Shown piece by piece: positions 40,799 to 49,934 of a stretch of DNA of 64,000 bases (positions are counted from its first letter, which is position 1; the number at the start of each line of letters is the position of its first letter). The stretch spans positions 1-64,000 of the forward strand of contig CAVWHX010000007.1 of NCBI GenBank assembly GCA_963754925.1, written 5' to 3'. Source of the DNA: an uncultured delta proteobacterium. Its GTDB lineage: Bacteria; Myxococcota; B64-G9. The notes beneath the pieces were generated by a model. That model was not told the DNA's origin, did not search any database, and saw nothing but the letters and a program-made list of their open reading frames with translations. A program made the translations under genes and the position numbers.

Positions 40799-42207
40799 CC
40801 AGGAAAATCCCGGTCATCCTCGGAAGCTGCGGCTGGCTTTAATAGTTCTACCGCGAGTATCTTTTGGGAGTGCGGTTTAATAGGAGCAATCGAACTGCGT
40901 CGAATACCAGCCACCCAGAGCACCTGTTTCCCTTTGGTAAGCAGCGGAACCAGCGACCTCACGTTCATCGGCAGTTTCGCTTCCATCAACAGGCGGTTAA
41001 CCTTGTGACTTCCCCGGGTGCCCCACAAACGCATACGATCGCCGGGAAGCAGCGAGCGTATCTCGAGGGGAAAATCAACCTCATCACCATCGAAAAACAC
41101 CCGGGTCGGCCCCGCCTGCTCACGGTCATATGACGACACCATTTTGAAGCGCATTCGCCCAGAGCGATCCGGCAACGGCATGATTCCCGGCCCCCTGACT
41201 TCAATCCTGAAACTCTCTCGATGCCCGCCAGACGTTCCCAATCGCAAAAAGAAAAGGCTCCCCTCTCGCCCGGCATCCAGACCGCCGGGCAAATCAAGAG
41301 ACCACCGTTTTTCGTTGTTCCGCGCGCGGATCCGTTCGATCAGACGCTCAAGATGGTCACCCGGCAAGTTTGACCCTGGCCCCATAAGCTGCCGCACCAT
41401 GCGCAGCAGTACCCGCAGCAACACCGCGTCGGGGAGGCGTCGGGCGCGCGAGAGCGGTATCACCACGCCTCCCGATGGATCATGGTCGAAGGCAACCTTA
41501 GCGGCCATACGATTGAGCACCCGGCAGTCTCGACGCGCCGCAGCGCTTAATCGCAACAGCGCTCGGTCTACCTCAGGATTCATCGTTCGCAACGTAGGGA
41601 GGAGGCTGTGGCGTATTTGGTTCCTGAGAAAACGCGGGTTTTGATTGGAAGGATCTTCCACCCATCGAATGCGGCGAGAGCGTAAAAAGGATCGCAGCTC
41701 CCCCCGACTGCAGCAGAGCAATGGTCGGATGAACAGCTCTTCGCGCTTGACGGGGATGCCCGTCAATCCATCGATCCGCGTCCCCCGCACCATGCGCATC
41801 AAGACGGTCTCAACCTGGTCATCCCGGGTATGCCCGGTGGCAATTCTATCGCAACCATGCTCCCGCGCGAGTGATTGAAGAACGCGATACCGTTGCTGCC
41901 GGCAACGTTCTTCGCTCGATCCGGGCGGAAGATCCGTGTTGCAGAGCGTCACGCCAAGGAACGTTAATCTCAAACGCCTCGCCCGCGCTCGTAATCGATG
42001 CAACACTTGGTGCGATCCCGCTGTCTGGCCATGGTCGACATGGACGATTAACATATCGACGTTCATCGCTTGGCTCAGCGCGCGAAGGATTTCGACCATC
42101 GCCGTTGAATCCGCACCGCCCGACCAGGCTACCAGTATTTTGTGGCCCGGCAGGAAAAGGTTATGCGCTTCGACAAATAAGCGCACTTTCTCAATCAACT
42201 CACTCAT
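40792..42207 (-). CDS. tilS: tRNA(Ile)-lysidine synthetase
   Basis: SGGADS, ATGHTRDDQVET, IRPLL, EDPSN, RNQIR, C-terminal PGDR...PLL...VLWVAG. Confidence 0.95.
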   Translation of the reverse strand: MSELIEKVRLFVEAHNLFLPGHKILVAWSGGADSTAMVEILRALSQAMNVDMLIVHVDHGQTAGSHQVLHRLRARARRLRLTFLGVTLCNTDLPPGSSEERCRQQRYRVLQSLAREHGCDRIATGHTRDDQVETVLMRMVRGTRIDGLTGIPVKREELFIRPLLCCSRGELRSFLRSRRIRWVEDPSNQNPRFLRNQIRHSLLPTLRTMNPEVDRALLRLSAAARRDCRVLNRMAAKVAFDHDPSGGVVIPLSRARRLPDAVLLRVLLRMVRQLMGPGSNLPGDHLERLIERIRARNNEKRWSLDLPGGLDAGREGSLFFLRLGTSGGHRESFRIEVRGPGIMPLPDRSGRMRFKMVSSYDREQAGPTRVFFDGDEVDFPLEIRSLLPGDRMRLWGTRGSHKVNRLLMEAKLPMNVRSLVPLLTKGKQVLWVAGIRRSSIAPIKPHSQKILAVELLKPAAASEDDRDFPGQ

Positions 42208-42237
42208 AGTTTAATACTTTACCGAGGTAAGGTGCAT

Positions 42238-42705
42238 TAAGAGGCTGTAACGCTCACTTCGTTCTAAGCGTATTTCTAATCCCCTTCGGGGATAAGAGGC
42301 TGTAAGCTCACTCCCCTAAAGGGACAAGAGATTGTACGCCTCGCTTCGCTCGCTACAATCTCTAGTCGTTCGCTAACAGCCTCTAACCCTAAAGGACAAG
42401 ACATTGTACGGCTCGCTTCGCTCTTGAACGATTGCTAGTCCCCTTCGGGGATAAGAGGCTGTAACGCTCACTTTGTTCGCAATAGCTCTAATCCCCTTTG
42501 GGGATAAGAGGCTGTAACGCTCACTTTGTTCGCAATAGCTCTAATCCCCTTTGGGGATAAGAGGCTGTAACGCTCACTTTGTTCGCAATAGCTCTAATCC
42601 CCTTTGGGGATAAGAGGCTGTAACGCTCACTTTGTTCGCAATAGCTCTAATCCCCTTTGGGGATAAGAGGCTGTAACGCTCACTTTGTTCGCTAACAGCC
42701 TCTAA
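42238..42705. repeat. Composite tandem array of 53-bp double-hairpin units (REP/BIME-like)
   Basis: Identical units at 42452, 42505, 42558 and 42611, partial unit at 42664, diverged units at 42238 and 42293, variant family at 42313 and about 42387. Confidence 0.92.
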
Positions 42706-43667
42706 TATTTCGGCCCGGCTTCGACCTTCCGCACCCCTTCCCAGCTACCCTTCCATTCGTCCTTAACCGGAAGCTCGAACTCAAAGTTCAGCGCCTGTTC
42801 GTCGGCTGAAATAAAGTGGTTTTTTAGGAGAAAAACCATTCTTACTCGGTCAGCCTCTTGGGGGCATGGCGGAGTGAAAAAGTAGTTCAATCGAACCCGC
42901 GGGGGGAAGTCACGAATGAACTCGGACGCCTCGAAGTCTGGCAGGACCGGCTGGCCGCTCGACGAGCGGCTTTCGGTATAGGGTAACGTTGACGGTTCGG
43001 CGGGATATTCGTCCTCCGATTTCTTGGTCTTCTTCGCCTGGGCCAAAGCCTTCTCGTAATCCGCCTTTTCTTCATTGGTAGACGGTTTGAACGATTTCAT
43101 CTGCCACCCTTGGTACGTGAGTTGACCCTGGCCGCCCCACACGGCAATATCCCAGCGCAGTTGATTGCCATCTTTTTTCACCGAGCGAACATCCAGCCGG
43201 ACCGAATTCTGATAGTCAGAAGCCACCGCCGTATAGGTGCCGCTCAACAGTTCATCCCGAACCGCTTTTGCCAAAGTATAGTATTCTTCCCGAATCGGGA
43301 GGTTGGCCTTGGCTGCGCGTTGCTGAGGACCTTCCTCGTCTGCCCGTTTGCGGCTGAGCTTAATAAGAGCCTCGGGATCGTTTTCAGTTGGATATACCTT
43401 CCAGAGTTCAGCGATGGGATTTTTGAAATACCAGGTAGCGAGGGTATTGACTTCGCGAAGGTACTTCTTTAAATCGGGTCGCCCTTCTTGATCGAGCAAC
43501 GGCCTTAGAATCGAGTTGTTCTTCAAGAACTCAAGCTTCGCTGCCAGGAGTTTAGTCTTAAATTCTGCCGCCGTTTCGGTTTTGGTTTTGACTGACCAAC
43601 TGGTGATGAGGTAGGTGAGGCCAGCAACAACCCCGACCAGCGCTAACGAAATGATGAGTTTTTTCAT
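42702..43667 (-). CDS. Hypothetical exported or membrane-anchored protein
   Basis: MKKLIISLALVGVVAG signal/TM segment; long ORF. Confidence 0.75.
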   Translation of the reverse strand: MKKLIISLALVGVVAGLTYLITSWSVKTKTETAAEFKTKLLAAKLEFLKNNSILRPLLDQEGRPDLKKYLREVNTLATWYFKNPIAELWKVYPTENDPEALIKLSRKRADEEGPQQRAAKANLPIREEYYTLAKAVRDELLSGTYTAVASDYQNSVRLDVRSVKKDGNQLRWDIAVWGGQGQLTYQGWQMKSFKPSTNEEKADYEKALAQAKKTKKSEDEYPAEPSTLPYTESRSSSGQPVLPDFEASEFIRDFPPRVRLNYFFTPPCPQEADRVRMVFLLKNHFISADEQALNFEFELPVKDEWKGSWEGVRKVEAGPKY

Positions 43668-43929
43668 TCGCAAACCCCTTTGGTTACCTTGGCATCGTCT
43701 GGTATATCGTAACAACCGTTAAAATTCAAAAATCTCGTACGCTTTTTTCTTTTTATATCACGAACTGCTATTCTGTACCATATCTACAGAGCTCTCACAA
43801 TACCGGTCCTGCGCTTGCCTTCCTTGACAGGGAACGTCGGGCAGTATAGCGGTAGAGAGTCACAAAGGTTGTATTCTATTCGTAAAGTTTGGTAAGACAA
43901 ACTAACATCTATCAGAACGTGGTGATCGT

Positions 43930-45873
43930 ATGCAAAAAGAAATGGTGATCAACGCAACAATTCCCGAGAACGTTCGAGTGGCGATCCTCGGCGATGGTCG
44001 ACTGGATGGCTATTTTGAAGAGACCGAGGACCTTTCACGCACCCGCGGTAATATCTATCTCGGTCGGGTGATGAACATCGAGCGTGGACTCGAAGCGTGT
44101 TTTATTGAGTATGGCGAGAGCCGCCACGGCTTCCTTCCCTTTAGCGAAATAGTCATCGACGGTCAGCCGCTCCCGGCCCCTAAAGAGCACGGCCGCATCG
44201 ACCAAGCGCTCCGGCGCGGTCAACTGCTCATCGTTCAGGTTGACAAAGAACCGGTCGGCACCAAGGGCGCGCGCTTGACGACCGAGATATCGCTTGCCGG
44301 ACGATATCTCGTGCTCATGCCCGGCAGCGACTTGCGGGGAGTTTCGCGCAAGATTGAGGATCCTGAAGAGCGCCAAAAGTATCGTAAGATGGGTGCCGAA
44401 CTCATTCCACCGCAGGGCATGGGCTTTATTATTCGGACCGCTGGCCTCGGCCAGACGAAACGCGAGCTTTCGCGCGACATGGGCTACCTGGAACGATTAT
44501 GGAAAGAGATTGAGAAGTCATCGCAAAAGGGAAGCCAACCGCGCTTGTTGCATGCCGAAGCCACGATAATCCAACGCGTCATCCGCGACTACTACGATAT
44601 CGCTATCGAGCGCGTCTGGGTCGATACGCCGGAAGCGTTCATCCAAGCCGAAACCTTTATGAAGATTTTTATGCCTCGCCAGGTTATGAATCTGAAGGCG
44701 TATACCGACAAGATACCGGTCTTCGACCACTTCGGCATTGAGGATCAGATCGAGGCTATCCATCAGCGTCACGTGCCGCTCCCCTCAGGCGGCAGCTTGG
44801 TGATCGAGCAGACCGAAGCGTTGGTGAGCATCGATGTCAACTCGGGTAAAACCAAGAGCCGCGGCACACAGGAGGATACTGTTTTCGAAACCAATCGAGA
44901 GGCCGCCCTTGAGGTTGCCCGCCAACTGCGGTTACGCGATTTGGGAGGAATAATCGTAATCGATTTCATCGACCAATCCTCCGCTGCCCACAACACCGCC
45001 GTTGATCGTGCGCTGCGCGATGCCATGCGCGCCGACAAGGCTCGCCACCAAATCGGAAAAATCTCGACCTTCGGGCTATGCACGCTTACCCGCCAACGCC
45101 TGGGCCATTCTCTGCGTCTTATGGGTTATGAACGGTGTCCTACCTGCGGCGGTGACGGTATCGTGCGCGATCCCGAGGGCGTATCGTCGCGACTCCTGCG
45201 CCGATTGCAGGCCGAGGCGGCAAAGGGAGCGGTCGCCGTCATACGCGTTCGTTTGCAACCACCGCTCGCCAACCACGTTCAGAACCGCCACCGGCGCGAT
45301 CTCGCCAGGCTCGAGCGTGAATTTGGGATGCACATCGAGATCGACGCCGATCCGACCGCGTCACGCACCAACGACGACATCGAGTTGATCCATCGTGCCC
45401 CTGATAAATCGACGCCACCCTCCCCATCATCGCGAGGCGCGATCCAACCACAGACCACACCGGGCAAACTAAAACAGGATGCCTCAGAATCGCCGGAGGG
45501 CCACGTCGTGCGCGCACCCTCTCCCGTGCGCGCGCCGACGGATACGAGTGGAAAACCCAAGCGACGGCGACGGCGACGGCACCGGTCGCGGGATGAGCGG
45601 CAGCCATCCGCGACTACGGACGCCAGTCGTTCCGTTGCCCCCGAGATAGCAACCATGGCTATTCCGCAACTACCGGATATCCCCACACCATTTCCGGTTG
45701 AAGAGACGATCGAGGCACCGGTCGGCCTTGATGTTCCCGCGCCGACAGGGGGTGCTCCAACCGTCGCGCAGGCTAAAAAAATCCCTCCTCAACCACCGAA
45801 GCGCTGGCGGCACCGGCGAAGAAAGAAAAGCAACCAGTCTACGGGGTTGAATCGCGCGCCACATTTGGGGTAA
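43930..45873 (+). CDS. Rne/Rng family ribonuclease with disordered Arg/Pro-rich tail
   Basis: GNIYLG, KEPVGTKGARLT, IDVNSG, LRLRDLGGIIVIDFID, CPTCGG. Confidence 0.94.
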   Translation: MQKEMVINATIPENVRVAILGDGRLDGYFEETEDLSRTRGNIYLGRVMNIERGLEACFIEYGESRHGFLPFSEIVIDGQPLPAPKEHGRIDQALRRGQLLIVQVDKEPVGTKGARLTTEISLAGRYLVLMPGSDLRGVSRKIEDPEERQKYRKMGAELIPPQGMGFIIRTAGLGQTKRELSRDMGYLERLWKEIEKSSQKGSQPRLLHAEATIIQRVIRDYYDIAIERVWVDTPEAFIQAETFMKIFMPRQVMNLKAYTDKIPVFDHFGIEDQIEAIHQRHVPLPSGGSLVIEQTEALVSIDVNSGKTKSRGTQEDTVFETNREAALEVARQLRLRDLGGIIVIDFIDQSSAAHNTAVDRALRDAMRADKARHQIGKISTFGLCTLTRQRLGHSLRLMGYERCPTCGGDGIVRDPEGVSSRLLRRLQAEAAKGAVAVIRVRLQPPLANHVQNRHRRDLARLEREFGMHIEIDADPTASRTNDDIELIHRAPDKSTPPSPSSRGAIQPQTTPGKLKQDASESPEGHVVRAPSPVRAPTDTSGKPKRRRRRRHRSRDERQPSATTDASRSVAPEIATMAIPQLPDIPTPFPVEETIEAPVGLDVPAPTGGAPTVAQAKKIPPQPPKRWRHRRRKKSNQSTGLNRAPHLG

Positions 45874-45895
45874 ACTCGACAGCGGAGAGACCTGC

Positions 45896-46907
45896 ATGAA
45901 TTCCGAGAAACCCAGTCCACCTTCGAACTCGCCGAATGGTGCGCATCAGAGCAGAATGTTGGAAGTCGAGGTGGAGGTTGCGGGTACCAAACAACGAGTT
46001 TTTCTGTCGAGCAAAGATATTGGCGCTGGTGGTTTCTTCCTGCGAACCGCCCAACCAGCACAATTATGGAAAAAAAGTGAACCTACGGTTGAGCGGTCCC
46101 GGCGGAGGTCACATCGAAATTAGCGGCGAGGTCGTGCGTAGCGTCGGCGGAGACCAGGCGGCGAGCGGTCAGCCAGCGGGAATGGCCGTTGCATTCGACG
46201 AGAGTTCACGCGGCAAACAAAAAGACTTCATTACACTGGTGCAAAGTCTTACCGCGGGAAGTACCGCGCCATCGGCACCGGGGGAGCAAAAAGCTCCCGT
46301 GCCGCAAAGAACTTCAGCTCAATCGTTTAGGTCAATCCCCGACACCCATTCGGGGATAAAGTCTGCGCCGTCGTTCAAAGCGACACCCCCGACAGATCCT
46401 GCAGCTAAGGTAACTCCGCCCAAGAGTCCGGCTCAACCGTTCAGGTCAATCCCCGATACCCACTCGGGGGTAAAGTCCGCGCCGACGTTCAAAGCGACAC
46501 CCCCGACAGATCCCGCAGCTAAGGTAACTCCGCGCCCCGCTCACGTTCCACCGGCTCAACCCCCGGCTCCGGCTGCCCAACCGTCCCCGATGCAACCCAC
46601 TACGGTCATTGACCACCAGAACCCCGCTGACTTAAAGAAATTTCTCGATGATTATAAGAATAAGCATACGGGCACTACGTATTACGACACCCTTGGCATA
46701 ACGCTTAAAGCAACCTCACAGGAAATCGAGAACGCCTACCAACAACTCAGCGCAATACTCATAATAACCGGGCCAAGCGATAACCTACCCCGTGAACTCG
46801 CTAGCGAACTGGCCTCGATCCTTAATAAGGTTCGAAAAGCACACGCCATTCTCAGTAAACCTGACCGAAAACGCGCGTATGACTTTATTATCGATAACAG
46901 CGGCTAG
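45896..46907 (+). CDS. PilZ-like domain, Pro-rich repeat linker and degenerate J-domain (indel in the A-run near 46075)
   Basis: DIGAGGFF...GEVVR...GMAVAF; YYDTLGI...EIENAY...AHAILSKPDRKRAYD. Confidence 0.78.
46317..46532 (+). repeat. In-frame tandem duplication with 114-bp period (38 aa)
   Basis: AQ(S/P)FRSIPDTHSG(I/V)KSAP(S/T)FKATPPTDPAAKVTP twice, starting at 46317 and 46431. Confidence 0.9.
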
Positions 46908-46921
46908 TTGACTGCCTGCCC

Positions 46922-47911
46922 TTACGCACCAGAAAAAAGTTCCAGCTGCTGTTTTTCGTAGGGGAGGTCCGCAGAGAATTTGCTTTTTAGGGAAGTATAG
47001 CAGGAGGCGCCCATCCCTGGGTTTTGACACGCGCAGATATTAATAGTCAGTGCAGCCCGAGAACCAATCGCGCTCAATCGTTTGTAACCCTGCTCGCGCA
47101 GGCGTTCCGACAACACGCGGGTATCATGATGAACGCCAATCTTGCGCCACGGCTGTCCTTTAAAAACACCCTTGATCACCTGGTAATGAGACTCCGGGAG
47201 CTTTTCGCGCATGAGTTCGAGCATGTCAGGTCGAAGAACGAGGTAGGAGGTCGATGCCCTGGTTACACCGACGGATCGGAGATGGCGCACCAATTCCTCG
47301 AGGTGGGCTGCGGTATCGGAGATGAAGGGGATCAAGGGCTCAATCCGCGCTTGGACGTCGACCTTAAAGCGGAGCAACGCCCGGATAGCATCGAGGCGTT
47401 GCTGCGGTGTAGCCGCAGCGGGTTCGTATAGCCGAGCTAACTCGGCGTTCATGGAGAAGAGCGAGACCTGAGCGTGAACCTTGCCCGGATAGCGAAGAAA
47501 AAGATCGCCGAATCCATCCGGGATCACACTCCGTGTCCGAACGTGCACCTCCATCCCCCGCGACAAAACAATCCGCATAACTTCATGGGTAAGAGCGAGA
47601 GAGGCACCGATGGGCTGGAAAGAATCCGAGAACGGATTTATTACTACCCCGGCTGCAAGCATTCCCGTGCGAGCGCGCCGGGCAAGCTCACGTTCCAACA
47701 ACTCGGTGACATTGGTGCGGAGATAGATTGCGTTCTGATCGTTCGGGCGACGTCGAACCGGACAGAACAAACACCCAAAGCTGCAGCCGCGAATGGTGTT
47801 GACCACCGCGAGACCAGCCTGGCAAGCTTGCGACGGTCGATCAAGCGCTCGATCGGCTTCGATCGATACCAGCTGAACTGCGTCGCCATTAAGCATCTGC
47901 GTACTGAACAT
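46922..47911 (-). CDS. Radical SAM protein, SplB/Rv2578c-like
   Basis: NTIRGCSFGCLFC, SDSFQP, YEPAAATPQQRL, IEPLIPFISD. Confidence 0.85.
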   Translation of the reverse strand: MFSTQMLNGDAVQLVSIEADRALDRPSQACQAGLAVVNTIRGCSFGCLFCPVRRRPNDQNAIYLRTNVTELLERELARRARTGMLAAGVVINPFSDSFQPIGASLALTHEVMRIVLSRGMEVHVRTRSVIPDGFGDLFLRYPGKVHAQVSLFSMNAELARLYEPAAATPQQRLDAIRALLRFKVDVQARIEPLIPFISDTAAHLEELVRHLRSVGVTRASTSYLVLRPDMLELMREKLPESHYQVIKGVFKGQPWRKIGVHHDTRVLSERLREQGYKRLSAIGSRAALTINICACQNPGMGASCYTSLKSKFSADLPYEKQQLELFSGA

Positions 47912-47917
47912 GCGTTT

Positions 47918-47946
47918 AGTATAATCATCCTACCCCAGGCTGTCAA
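47918..47946 (-). promoter_or_regulatory. Sigma70 promoter giving a probably leaderless transcript
   Basis: TTGACA-17-TATACT ending 6 nt before ATG 47911; no SD. Confidence 0.7.
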
Positions 47947-48087
47947 CCCTTTTACCGTATTTGACCGCCGAATGTTTTTTCTTGCGTGGGCGTTACGACT
48001 CTGCTAAACAGAGTTGCCACTTTTAATTAACGGGGAACAGATTCACATCCCAGGCGAAATTCAATGTTAAGTAAAGGAGTAAAGAAA

Positions 48088-49713
48088 ATGACGCGTGGAC
48101 AGATTTTCCGTAACAGCAGTTTATTCATAGGTTGTTTCATTATCGTACTGACGTTCGGAATAACCAGCTGTAAAAAGGCAGGCGGCCCTGGTCAAGCCCC
48201 CGCGCAAACCGTTCCCGAAAAAGCAACGGTTGAACTTTTCGTGATGGCCCAGTGTCCCTTCGGCATCGAGGCTGAAAATGGGATTGCTCCCGTTTTGAAG
48301 AAATTCGGCGGCGACGTGGACTTCAAACTAGCTTTCATCGGCGACACCCAAGAGAATGGCAAATTCACTTCGATGCACGGCAATAAAGAAGTGAGCAGCG
48401 ACAAGGTACAGGTATGCTCCATTAAGCACGCGCCCTACCAGTACATGGATATGATACTGTGTATGAATAAGAACGCCCAGGGCATGCCGGACAATTGGGA
48501 AGATTGCGCCAAAAACGCCAATTTACCGGTAGACAAGATCAAGGCGTGCTTTAGCGGCGATGAGGCTGACGGCCTGCTTAAGACCTCGTTTGAAGCCGCC
48601 AAAGCAAAGAATGCAAGGGGCAGCCCCACTATCTTTATCAATAACCAACCGTACTCCGGCGCCCGTACTGAAACTGCTTTATCCCGGGGAATATGCAGCG
48701 CCTACCCGAACAAAAAGCCGTCATTGTGTGATTCCATTCCGCCGTCGGTCAAAGTGCCCATTACCATTCTCAGCGATCAACGCTGCAAGGATTGCAATAC
48801 GGAATTCTTGAACCAGCGCCTCAAACAAGCGATCCCAAGCGGCGAGATAAAGATTGTCGATTGGGGCACCGAAGAAGGAAAGAAACTGTACGCCGATCTC
48901 AACCTCACCGTTCTCCCAGCCATTCTTATGGGTAAGGAGATGGAAAAGGCGGACGAATACAGTCGTTTTGCTCGCGGTCTCAAGCCGCGGGGCGATTACC
49001 TTGAATTGCAAATAGGAGCCAAATTCGATCCCAAGAAAGAGATCTGCGACAATAAAATCGACGACAACAACAACGGCTTGATCGATTGTGACGATCCGGA
49101 CTGCAAGACAGCGTTGGTGTGCCGCACTGAGATCCCAAAGAAACTCGACATCTTCGTTATGTCGCAGTGCCCGTACGGAGTCATGGCGCTCAACGCTGTC
49201 AAGGAAGTGCTCGACAATTTCAAGGGTAATGTGAACTTCGACGTGCATTACATCGCCACCGCCGAATCCAACGAAAAAAACGCTGCCATAAGCTCGATGC
49301 ACGGTCCGGCTGAGGTTGATGAAGATATGCGCGAGTTGTGCGTAATCAAAAACTATAAAAAAGACTATAAGTTCATGGACTACATCCTTTGCCGCAATAA
49401 GAACATCCGCGATGCAAATTGGAAGCAATGCACGGGCACCAATGGAATCGACGCCAAAAAGATCGAGGCGTGCTCAACCGGCGACGAAGGCAAGAAACTG
49501 TTGCGCGAAGACATCGAGGTCGCCAAAGGCCTCGACATCGGCGGTAGCCCGACCTGGCTTGCCAATAACAAAACGATCTTTTCGGGCATTGATGCTGAGA
49601 CTATCAAGACCAACTTTTGCTCTAAAAACCAAGGGCTGAAGAACTGTGACAAAAAACTCAGCGGTCCGCCAACCCAAGCGGGCGCTCAGGCGCCGGGCGG
49701 CTGTAAGCAGTAG
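48088..49713 (+). CDS. Cys-rich lipoprotein with duplicated DsbA/GILT-like thioredoxin-fold domains
   Basis: Lipobox ITSC; FVMAQCPFG...SMHG...GSPT and FVMSQCPYG...SMHG...GSPT; central CKDC; EICDNKIDDNNNGLIDCDDPDC. Confidence 0.75.
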   Translation: MTRGQIFRNSSLFIGCFIIVLTFGITSCKKAGGPGQAPAQTVPEKATVELFVMAQCPFGIEAENGIAPVLKKFGGDVDFKLAFIGDTQENGKFTSMHGNKEVSSDKVQVCSIKHAPYQYMDMILCMNKNAQGMPDNWEDCAKNANLPVDKIKACFSGDEADGLLKTSFEAAKAKNARGSPTIFINNQPYSGARTETALSRGICSAYPNKKPSLCDSIPPSVKVPITILSDQRCKDCNTEFLNQRLKQAIPSGEIKIVDWGTEEGKKLYADLNLTVLPAILMGKEMEKADEYSRFARGLKPRGDYLELQIGAKFDPKKEICDNKIDDNNNGLIDCDDPDCKTALVCRTEIPKKLDIFVMSQCPYGVMALNAVKEVLDNFKGNVNFDVHYIATAESNEKNAAISSMHGPAEVDEDMRELCVIKNYKKDYKFMDYILCRNKNIRDANWKQCTGTNGIDAKKIEACSTGDEGKKLLREDIEVAKGLDIGGSPTWLANNKTIFSGIDAETIKTNFCSKNQGLKNCDKKLSGPPTQAGAQAPGGCKQ

Positions 49714-49739
49714 CGTGTTGTTATCTTGGCGTAAGCATT

Positions 49740-49768
49740 AAGAGCGGTCTAAAGGACCGCTCTTTTTT
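49740..49768 (+). terminator. Intrinsic terminator
   Basis: AAGAGCGGTC-taaag-GACCGCTCTT followed by a T run. Confidence 0.85.
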
Positions 49769-49934
49769 ATAAATCATTAGTCAGCACTGAAAAACTCTCG
49801 CAATCGTGCTCTAGAGACGGGCTTCATGCCCGTCCATCAATACGCTTAATACTTTTTTTGAATAATTAATGAAGCGTTTGGTTGAGCAAAAAAGTATTGA
49901 TTAGCCGGCGCGACCGTTGCACACTTCAAACACG

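Noticed and set aside
42238..42705. CRISPR array
   Set aside because: Units are identical end to end with no unique spacers, and there are no cas genes in the window
49811..49835. GTAG-type REP (CTAGAGACGGGCTTCATGCCCGTC)
   Set aside because: Single short hairpin with a degenerate tetranucleotide and no second copy seen in the window
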